Below, one piece after another: positions 53,700 to 64,000 of a DNA stretch of 64,000 nt. Made by a program: the position numbers and the translations under genes. Under the pieces are notes generated by a model. The model made no database searches. It had not been told where the DNA came from and saw only the letters and a program-made list of their open reading frames with translations. This stretch comes from Calcarisporiella thermophila CBS 279.70 (taxonomy: Eukaryota; Fungi; Calcarisporiellomycota), in the NCBI RefSeq assembly GCF_041956535.1, contig NW_027192226.1, positions 60,259-124,258 on the forward strand, given 5' to 3'. Within the stretch, counting starts at the first letter, position 1; every line of letters starts with the position of its first letter.

Positions 53700-55296
53700 T
53701 TATATCATCGCTGTTGATTGCACCTCCCGCCATCTCCGCATGCAACTATAGGCGGTATCATCTAACAAGCAAAATGTTAACAACCAATTTAAATTTTCAC
53801 TCAAATAGAGCAAATTACCGAAGTTATCATGTGGATTGCAATGGCACTTTTTCTGAATAGATTTTTCCTGAGGCTATTGTTAAAAGAAAAGCAATTAAGT
53901 AAACATATATTGAAGCATCAGTAATACTTGTACTAACGCAATGCTGGAATGGGTTATGGCGATACCTATGAATACAATCGCAAGGTGTTAAATGGCATTA
54001 AAATAGCTCTTCAAGCATATTTCTCTATGTATCTTACCCAATATCATTAAAGAAGTGGATTTGGCTCTTGTTTAAAAAGATGCTTGCTGCGATGGAATGT
54101 ACAGGTGCATCACCCCATCGTTCATAGAAGAAGCCGCCTGCTTTATCAAGGTACTCAAAGTATTTACTATAGGCTTCAGATCTCCAAAATTTTAAATCTG
54201 CGATTTCGAAATTGGACCAAAAGTGGCAGAGGTTATATGAGTTTCCACCATCATTGCTAACAAAGTCCATCGCTATCATTAATAAAGATATTAATTAGTG
54301 GGAAAATCGCCGCATAAAATATTGGAGTTGTAATACCATTATCTGGAGCAACATATTCAGGATGCTTCTCAATGAATTCCTTCGTCGTTTTCCACAGAGT
54401 AGGTATAGTGCTCTCGTATTCAAAAAGAGATATGGTAAACCCTAAACATTGAAATTATTAATGTACGATCACAGGAGTTATTAATCCAACGTTCCCTTGG
54501 TTCGATTTTCTACTCTCTAGTATTTTCTTCCTAACTTTTCATCTTCTGGTGATCAACTTACCATATTTCAGGTCATTATCTTGCATGTATAAAAATGGAT
54601 CATAGTCTATGTCGCAGAAAAAGTCCACACTCGGCTCCACGCGCCAGTAATAGTCCAGATCTTTCAAAAGTTCATGTCGATAAAAGAATCCGCTCTCAAA
54701 TCGACACATGTGCCGATAGGACAGGCTACCACCGTAAATGATATTATTAGCCGCCATCTGTTCGCGAGCCTCACGAGCTTTCTCTTCGTCTACCCAATGG
54801 GGTATTGACCAATGCTCATGTGGGATTACTCCATAGTGTGTTTTAGCATTGGTGAGTGATTGAGTAAGTGTCTTAAATTCCTCTTCAAATTCGACATCAT
54901 TGAGAAATATATAAGGATAGTTATACTTGTGATTGAATCGAGCCTCAAGCTGGCGGATAGTCCACCTGAGTTCTATCGAATTAAAGAGATAAATTAGAAA
55001 AAGAACAACGTTCAACAAATGAAATATTGCAAAGTATGCTAATGATCTGTTTGTCTACAAAATTACTAAAGTGAAGCCCTACCATGGACGTCAGTATTCC
55101 TTGCTAAAATAACAAAAGCTGCTTTTGCACGCCGTGTAGTAGTATTCGTATATTCATTATTTGACCAAGAAGTGTAATCTAATCTCTTCCTTGCTAGGTC
55201 AGTATAAAGGCTGTGGTCGCCTGTGGATTTGAAGAGTAAAAGGAAGAGTAGTAGAATGGCAAATGAAATGAAAAGCGGCCCTGCTTTTTTCAACAT
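53700..55296 (-). CDS. Alpha-1,2-mannosyltransferase, GT15 (KRE2/MNT1/KTR family), multi-exon
   Basis: Type II TM anchor, [57 protein letters not shown]. Confidence 0.95.
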
Positions 55297-57849
55297 CTTC
55301 TCTTCGACTCTAAAGAATTAGAGAATCTGGACAAAAAGGATGATGGCTAGCCGAAGGTTTGGACTTATCTCAAGGAAAGGAGCAATACGGTGCGGGAACT
55401 TAATTCTAAATTCAAATATCATTGATTGGCTCGCGCGAATATTGAGATATTACTACAATAAACACTTGGGAATGTTACTGAGGGATTTCCACCTTTTTAA
55501 CCTATGGCGTAGATTGACTCCTGTAGATCCGTGCACCATCAAGTGACTGCCTTTTCCAGGTTACTACAGAAGTAAAGCTCTAGATCTATATTGCAGGAGA
55601 GTAAAACAAGCTTAGTTTAGCTCAGAGCATACTCTCACCGTGAGATCAATAGAGACCACCTTTATGCATTGATCAAAACATTGATTGATTAAAACATATC
55701 GATATGATATCGCGTAAATCTCCGTGGCCACCTGGCGTTTAATTAAATTATTGGTAAAATGCAACTGCCTGTACCTATATGACCGACGGGCAGATGTTTT
55801 TCGCCATGCTTGTTCTGCAGAATATTAGAATATGAAAGCTTTGATTCTTTTGCATCAAAATACTAGGCAAGATTGCAGGCTTAGTAAACAATTTTAGAAT
55901 CCTTCCTACTCGGATATCGCTCAAAATCGAAGCACTAATTATGCCTAGTAAATATAGAAGATAAACCTTGAAACTCTCCGCTGATGCCTATGATTTTTGT
56001 ATAGAAATGCACCAAATGCGGAAATATATGGCGGTGATACAGGTACCTTGTAATAAAGAGATCTTTTCTCTAAATATTTTATTTTTGCTGAAATTCACTA
56101 GTGAACAATAGCCACTTTATTTACGTACCTAGAGCGGTAAAGTTTAATCAACATTATTGAATTTGCTCTTGTTGCAACTCCGGTTAAGCGATATTACTTA
56201 AGCAATTACAATTGTATTAGAGAATGATTAGAATTAATGGGTTAAAAAAAAAGGCTAAAATATCCTACATGATATTCTGGCGCAAAGCATTCGAATATTT
56301 TATTCCTATATTACTCCCAATTATATTTCATCCTCAGCCAATGCTCTAGCATTTTGGAATAGAACATATGATGGCCAAGAAATAGTCATACTAACAGCGG
56401 TAAATCTCACATCCGAAATCAGGATCTGTGAGAAGCATTGCTCCTAACGAGGCTTTATATTTGCTTTTTCTCATAAAGCTCTATAAAATACTATAGTGAA
56501 TTAAAAAATAAACCACGTTCTCCTAGCAACACCTCTGGAGTAGTATCTTCGAATTGCGTTTCATTTTCACTGAGCTCAAATGTATACGAAATTAACTATA
56601 TGCACGAGGGACAAATTTTGTCACAAGGTCTGCCTAGAAACCGGCCAAAAGATTTTGTGGGTATGCAGTCATTAATTACTCTTTTTCCTTTCTTATCCAG
56701 AAAATAAAATCGCATCCGCTTATTGTATCCTTTTGGTACACACAGTGATAGCTTTACAAAAGCTATCTAATTAAGGGGCTTTTGCACCTTGATGATTGAT
56801 ATTTTATGTAGAACTTCGGAGGCAAAATCCCGCTAATGATTTATTGACTGCGTGTTTCCGAATGCTTATTTTTTTGAACTAGGCCAGTAATTATGATCAT
56901 ACGCTATTCATACCCAACCCATCATTTTGGCGCCTTTTATATTAGAGGTGTAACGAAAGTGATGAAGAACAGAAAACTTGCCGATTCCGACGCAAAGACA
57001 ATCAAAACGATCCAATTAAATCTGGATTTCTATTGAAAGCAACTTCATAATTGATTCATAATACTCAGCTCACTGAATATGGTTCATTAAATGGTTCCCT
57101 GCTCTATATTAGGAGGTAGAGAAAATTGATATACGACTACTTTGCTGCATATGTTGACTATCTAATTTACGCTCAGCAAGTGCTCTTGTTTATCGGAAGG
57201 TGGGGGATCTTTGCAGAAGCATTTGTGTATTATCGAGAAAAGAAATGAATTCTGCTGCAATTCAGGTTTGAAATGTTCTTAACAAAGCAGTAGAAAATTG
57301 TAGGAAAACGTTAAGTACTATGGTCAAACCAGTAAACAGTTTTAATCCATTCCCTGCTGGCTATTTTGCTGCATGATGATAATATTACATGCACTCAACG
57401 AAAGCCAAGAATATCTTAATAGTAAATACTATTTTTTTTACACAGTTGCTTTTAACTCTAAGCATGGAATGTCTCGGGACACTTGTATAATCTCTTCTAT
57501 GAGAGATAAACTGAAATATTTAAAGAAAGAATATATTGATAGAATATCTAATGTAGCAGTAGCATCATTTTCTCAGACAGTAAATTTGGAATCCATTCTA
57601 ACTCTATTCTAATATTTCTTTTGCTTCAAGCGAAGAGAATAGTTTTCGGTGGAATTGAATTAGTGGAGGGGAGTGGGGCGAGGGAGAAGGCCATTGCATC
57701 ATTAAACGTCTGAATTAAGCACAGCTTAACCAGTGCAATTTCAGTATAATTGACTATACTAAAATTGTAATCTTTCAAATATTTTATTGAACAATTTTTT
57801 TATTTGGAAAAAAATAGAGTAAGACATCTATCCAAATCCTTCTCAGATA

Positions 57850-58468
57850 TTACAAAATTAGCCCCATAACTACCAATAGCCCAGCCCCCATCATTATACC
57901 AGTCAGAATCTTAGATAACTCTGCGCCGCTTATTCGATTTGCTACAGCCCCTCCTGTACTGGTAGCCGCCGTTTGGGGTTGGGTTGAGGCTGTTGGAGTA
58001 ATTGATAACAGCTTCCCACTCGCTGAGCTCACACTTGTCGCAACCAAGGAGGCAAGAGCAGCGGCAGACGAAGTGGCAGACGGAGTGGCAGACGGAGTGG
58101 CGGGCAGGGAGGTTGGAACCGCTCCGCAGTAAACTTGGATTTGACCCTGTTGGATCTTGCTTTGCTCCTTGATTTGGTAGTCATCACCACATAAAGCATA
58201 GCACTGGAGGAGGTCTTTCTGCCGCTGACATTTACAAGCCATATCGCTATAGGCGCAGAGATTAAACATTTCCTCTCCTCTGTTGAGGCATGCGGCAAAG
58301 CTAATGGGAGAGCATATCGGTTAACGGGGGGCATGGCTTGGCTCAAACTGCTAAAGCATTTGTGGCCGATATGTTACGAGTGTGTAAAGAGACTTACTTT
58401 ATTTGAGCTAGGCAGGCAAAGGAAGCCGAAATCTGAGTAAGGAGGAAAAGGACAAAGAGTGGGTGCAT
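57850..58468 (-). CDS. Cys-rich secreted, probably GPI-anchored protein, 2 exons
   Basis: Signal MHPLFVLFLLTQISASFA, Cys-rich N-domain (CLAQ...ACL...LC...ACKC...QCYALC...YC), ATPS repeats and S/T/A stalk, hydrophobic C-terminus ILTGIMMGAGLLVVMGLIL. Confidence 0.8.
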
Positions 58469-59154
58469 GATTTTTGGGTCCTGTTTTTCTTTTCGGGGGG
58501 AATTACTTTGGGACAAAATCAAACTCAGAGGAAAAAAGAGAATAGGCGAAGATAAGGATGGAGGGAGGATGGGAATTATGCCTGCAAAGGACGAGGGGAA
58601 TTTATATCCTCTTATTCTGGAATGCTCCCATCACAATCTGGCCCGGATTCATCGGATTTCATTCCACAATCTCTTCGATAGACTCAAAACACACTCTATT
58701 TAAATAGCAAGAATCCCTGGAGTAATGTCTTTTATTTCGAATTTTAATTAAAAAAAAGGATTTTTAAATTTTATAGACACTTTCGTATCGATTGGTTTTT
58801 CCTTCTCCATGGAATCGAGAGCGCAAGCATTTCTGGCTGCAATTACGTCATTCCACGTGAAATAGCCCTAACCTTATTATCTCGCTTGGTCACACCTAAT
58901 GGAGCCATACGCTTAGGCCGAACCAAATGTGGTTACAATCGAAGGACGGCCGAAAGTAACTGTTTATACTTTGGCGAGATCGATTTTTTATATATACGTC
59001 AAAGAAAATACCTCACGTACCCTCCCCCCAAGACCATCAGGTAGAAAAAAAATAGACTTCGGAATTAATTCCCTCCTTTTTTTTCCCATAAATATCCTAA
59101 CCCTTCTTATTTAGACCATCACGTCCTTTTTTCTCGAACTCTCTGGTAGACGTG

Positions 59155-62100
59155 ATGAGAGTCTCCGCATCCGTTGCCCTAGTGTGGGGGATATTTTCTT
59201 TAACCGTTGTCTCCGCACTCCCAGTATTCAACGAGGGTAATATGTCGATGATAGATGATTTCTCCTATTCGGTCGAACGGTTGTTCATCATCTTCCACCA
59301 TTTATAGTGAATGATTTCCAAGTCGATGGCACAAAATGTCCCCTCCGACCCAAATTCAACCAGGCTTGCCCTCTCCTCTGTGTACCGTCCCTTTCACAAT
59401 GCCCTCCATCACTAGCACCTGCTTGCCCTGCAAACACTGTTTTCTGTGGTGATGGTAATTGTCATCCTTCTTGCGACGGCATAGCCAATGCTTGCGATTG
59501 TGGGGAAGAGGTCAGCGGACTGGTGGCGTGCGCAACTGGACAGGCTGTCAATATTACAGAATATGATCCACGAGATAAAGGTCTCACCCTTCGTTCATGC
59601 GCACAGGCTGCTAATGTTACGGGGGCTGTCGATTGGGCAGAGAGAGGGGGCGGCAAGCCTGCCTGGATGACATGCACCCCAATTCCGTTTTTCACTTGGA
59701 AGGAGCCAATGTGGATTGGCATTTGGTCAGTGCTTGGAGGCGAGGTCTTGCTGCTTTTCACTTGGTATGCCTACAAGCAATTCAGGGAGCGAGGGATTAG
59801 AAATGCGAAGGCTTCTCATCTCCTAGATGAATCTCGCAGCGTCGAAAAAGAAAGTATGGGCGAGAAGATGAAAGCCGGGGGAGACGAAGCAGATTCCTCA
59901 GCGAGCGAGCGCTCTTCTGAAGAAGAGCTACTCCAGTTCCGAGGCTTTAACAATGATATCTTCGGGTATCTATGTTATGGCTCTGTTATCCTCTTCACCC
60001 TCTTCCTTCTTGCACTACTTGGCGTATCTGTTGCGGACTACTATGGCGCCGTCACGGGTGCGACATATGGAGTTTTCCTCACGTCCGATATCTCAATGAA
60101 GGTTTTCTGTGTCGTATGGCATATAACCCTGGCATGGCTTATCGTCGTTAATCATATGCGTCATCGCCTGCAAAACTACTTCCGTATTGAAGTGTCCCCC
60201 AACACAGGCTCATATGTGCAGGTCGAACGGCCGCAGGATCCCGTCATTCTCTTGGACGATGACTCGAAACTTCTAAAAACAATGCGTCGTCTCGAGGGCA
60301 TAGTGCATAGATTCTTCGGTTCCGATGTGGTTGTGACAACCTGCCCTGTGCGATATACAAAACAGCAAAGCCGCAGATATTTTGAATATCAGTGCACTCG
60401 CTTTGTCTACAATGACCAAAGTAACCAGTACCACCCCTATGTGTTTGAACTTGGCCGCGATGGAGAAAGTCTCCTGCGCCAGGGAGGAGGTCTTTCCGAG
60501 GAGGAGTCTGACTTCCGCCGGGCACTCCTTGGTCCCAACTTCATCCGCGTGCATGTTCCGAACTTCCTTGGGGGCTTGATGCGCGAGTTCACTTCGTTCT
60601 TCTACGTCTACCAGATGATGTGCCTGTGGGTTTGGTTCTATTTCCAGTATTATTACATGGGTATCGTACAGACGGTGGTTATTCTCACCTCAGCCATCGT
60701 CAAAGTCATTATTCGGTTGCGTAGTGAGAAGCGAGTGAAGCGTATGGCAGAGCACGTGGACTCCTGCCAAGTCCTACGCGGAACCAAATGGGTGAAGTCA
60801 TCATCGGCGGATTTGGTGCCTGGTGACGTGATCTTGCTCAAGGATGGCACGGTACCATGCGATGTCGTGCTCTTGGGCGGAAACGCCATTGTAGATGAGT
60901 CGTCTCTCACCGGAGAGTCTTTGCCCGTCAGGAAATTCGCACTCCCCAGCGATCTAGCACGGTACGATAAGTTGACCAGCGGAAAGTCGAGCACTCTTTT
61001 TGCTGGAACGACAGTCGTGAGCACCACCTCTGCGGTAAACGTGCCAAGCGCCAATTCGGAAACGGAAAATGAAAAAGCGGAAAAGAGCGTAGAGTCGGAA
61101 GAGGGAGTACGGGCGTTAGTATTGGCGACTGGCACTGCGACGGAGAAGGGCCACCTGATCCACAAGATTTTGTTCCCGAACCCGATTAGCTTTGTCTTCA
61201 ACGAGCATCTAAAGATTGTCGTCACCATTCTCTTAGGTTGGGGTATTGTGGCCTATGGACTCTCCATGTGGCTAATGGGACGAGGCGATATTACCTCTTG
61301 GTTCTATGCTGTTTTCGTTATTAGGTAAGGGTTTATTTTTTTCTTCTTGGCTATTTGTAGTCGGCAAGAAAGGTGCTGAGCATTTTTTATGCACATTCCC
61401 CAGTGAAATTTTGTCTCCGCTTCTTCCTGCTGCACTTGTTGTCGGTCAGTCGGTGGCAGCCACACGACTTCGTTTGAAGGGCATATTCTGTGTTGACTTA
61501 CCTCGGATTGTCATGGCGGGTAAAGTCCAAATTTTCTGCTTCGACAAGACTGGCACACTCACTAAGCAAGGGCTGGACTTCCATGGAGTGATTCCACCTC
61601 TTACTTCGGCGGTGGACGAAGGAAAGAAAAGAGTGGCCCTAAGCATGGATGACCGACGCGCCGTATTTGGGGAGCTGTCTAAAGATATTCAGCTTGGGAT
61701 GGTGGCGTGTCATTCCGTTACAAGCGTCCAGGGAAGGCTAATCGGAAACCCCGTGGATATCGAAGGCTTCCGCGCCACTGGATGGGAGCTCGGAGAACAC
61801 ACCGCCCCCTATATCGACACTATTGTAAATCCTCTCGCCTCGGATCAAAAAGTGCATATTTTGCGTCGTTTCGAATTCGTCCATGCTCGTGCCTCTATGT
61901 CAGTGGTGTGCTTAGATGAGAAGGGTGAAGTCCACTGCTTCGTCAAAGGTTCCTTCGAGCGGATTAAACAGATATGCGATCCTGACTCTATCCCCGGGGA
62001 TTACGACGAAATCACGTCGCGTCTCGCCATGGAAGGATGCTATGTACTTGCCTTGGGCCACCGCTCGATGGGGCATATCGACAGTATTGGGCACGATACC

Positions 62101-63507
62101 ATCCAAGGCTGGACTAGGGAGGAGGTGGAAAAGGAACCGCAATTCGCTGGGCTAATTCTCTTTAGGAATAGCCTGAAACCAGATACGGCGCAAGCCATCG
62201 CGGAACTCAAGAGAGGAGACACCCGAGTGGTGATGATCACAGGAGACAACGCACGGACGGGTATTTTCATTGCACGCGAGTGTGGAATGGCCGCTGGTCC
62301 GATGGTGTTGGCGGATATGGAGGGGGGCGAGGTAGTGTGGCGGGATGTAGACTCGGGAGAGGTGGTCCAGGAGGTGGAGAAGGAATGCGAAGAGCTCGCG
62401 ATGACCGGAAAAGCGTTCGATGCACTGGTCGCCCAAGGCACCATCGAAAAATACCTCCTTCGCACCCGCGTGTTTGCCCGCATGACCCCAGCCGGAAAGG
62501 TCAAGTGCGTGCAGCTACACATGGAGAAAGGCGTAACGGCAATGTGCGGCGACGGTGGCAACGATTGTGGTGCCCTCCGCTGTGCACACGTGGGACTTGC
62601 TCTCTCGGAGGCAGAGGCGTCGATTGTGTCCCCCTTCAGCACAAATCGCCGAAGCGTCGATTCATGTGTGGAACTGTTGCGCCAAGGAAGAAGTGCCCTG
62701 GCTACAAGCTTTGCAGGGTATAAGTTCTTGATCCTGTACGGAGAGACGATGGCATGGTGGGAGTTGATCATGTTCTACTTCACCGTCATTGCACCCCAGC
62801 CACTTTGGATGCTTATTGATGGTGTCATTACCGTGGGCATGACCCTGGCCATCACCCAGGCGCTTCCTGCCCGGAAACTCGGACCAAGGCGACCCACCGC
62901 GCGGTTGCTTGCGCCCGAAACGATCCTCTCCGCGTGTGGCATCATTTTCATCAACTTCTGGTTCATTATTGGAGCGGTGGTCTTCCTCTTCCAGCAGCCC
63001 TGGTTCGCTTGTAATGAATTCGATGGCTCGCTCGTGGACGCCGCCAAATGGTGGCTCATTGGTGACAACTTCGAGGCCGAGGTGATCACCCTGGTGGTTA
63101 TCTTCCAGTTCTTCAACTCCGGGGCCATTTTCAACTTTGGTAGCACGCATCGTCGGGCCTGGATCACTAACATCCCCCTCGTGATCTTCTACGCCATCCT
63201 CTTCGTGGTCGGCTCCTTCCTTATCCTGGCGGACCCGAATCCCTTCTCGTGCCTCTTCCGTGTCAACTGTGGCTCCGCCGACGTGCTCGTTGCGAAAGGA
63301 TACCCCGAGCCCTGGTGGCGCATTGAGCCGTACAACTCGCCCATTGGGCACAATGTGCTCCCTCACGACTTCAGGTGGAAACTGTGGGGGTACTGCCTGG
63401 CGAATATGATCTTGGGCTTGCTGTGGGAGCGCCTTGTGATTTTGGGGCCCGTGCGGGGCTGGGCCAGGAAGATGTGGGGGGTGAAGCGCAGAAAATTGAA
63501 ACTCTGA
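59155..63507 (+). CDS. P5-type (P5B-like) ATPase with N-terminal signal peptide and Cys-rich ectodomain; exons 59155-59236, 59308-61324, 61404-63507
   Basis: DESSLTGES, FCFDKTGTLT, FVKGSFE, MITGDN, VFARMTP, MCGDGGNDCGAL, EAEASIVSPF. Introns 59237-59307 and 61325-61403 keep the frame. Confidence 0.92.
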
Positions 63508-64000
63508 ACCCCATCTTTTTGACACTGTACCAAGAGACTCTTTATTATTTCCCGTTTACTAATTTATTCTGATGTTTTATTTATGATATTGTACTCCATT
63601 GTCTCTCTAGTATTATTCTCTACCCTTCGGACTGACTCTGAATTTCCTCCTTGCCGACCGACTCTGTTTTACTTTTTGGTAATCAAAAGAATAGTATGCA
63701 CATTTGTCTTAGACTGAAAATGCCACTCGAGGAAGGACACTCATTTCAATGTTGTGAAAACGCCGAGGTTGCCTGTCTCCTTAGAAGAGTAGCCACACTC
63801 TGAACTTCGAATGGATTCTACATATGGGAGTTTCCAATCTTGATCAGACATACCGCATTTAGATTTTGAAGAATCGGCGTTTCAGAACTCTCTGCAAGAG
63901 TATCCTTAAAAATACAATATATATTCAAGAATATTCATTCTCGAAACCATTTTTACGCTTTTTTGCTCCACATCTTTGAATTCGTTAAAAATCATATACT

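Noticed and set aside
55400-57800. 2.4-kb gene-free interval examined for ncRNA or TE
   Set aside because: No terminal repeats, RNA motifs or convincing reading frame were recognisable by eye.
62040-63525. Long antisense ORFs (243 and 287 aa) opposite the ATPase
   Set aside because: Expected shadows of GC-rich codon usage, with no domain features. The same applies to other short antisense ORFs in the track.

Overview
Gene-dense, intron-containing eukaryotic DNA, most likely from an early-diverging (non-Dikarya) fungus. That assignment is an inference from an Rrm4 orthologue, ABITRAM- and PTTG1IP-like genes, an ARID2-type Rsc9 and Zn2Cys6 factors occurring together. The first ~21 kb is a head-to-tail array of six intact two-exon Zn(II)2Cys6 transcription-factor paralogs plus one decayed copy. 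They share one phase-0 intron, split into two sequence clades, and several carry a conserved upstream CGG-N9-CC(G/A) element. The rest is mostly housekeeping genes: SNF1 divergent from RPL37, a class-I glutamine amidotransferase, a TPT/Sly41-like transporter, Rsc9/ARID2, RidA/Mmf1, WAPL, Rrm4, Rab2, a complex I accessory subunit, THR1 and a KRE2-family mannosyltransferase. Three things stand out besides the array. (i) A MOCS1-type moaA/moaC locus whose MoaC has no usable ATG and appears to be expressed only through an alternative splice that skips the MoaA GG-stop, with an internal mitochondrial-cleavage-like linker. (ii) A P5-type ATPase with a signal peptide, a 13-Cys ectodomain and a non-canonical TM4 (SPLLP). 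(iii) Two long palindromes: one perfect 50 bp, one 57 bp with a 1-nt spacer. No tRNA, rRNA, CRISPR or intact transposon was recognised. Exon boundaries were read by eye and need transcript confirmation.
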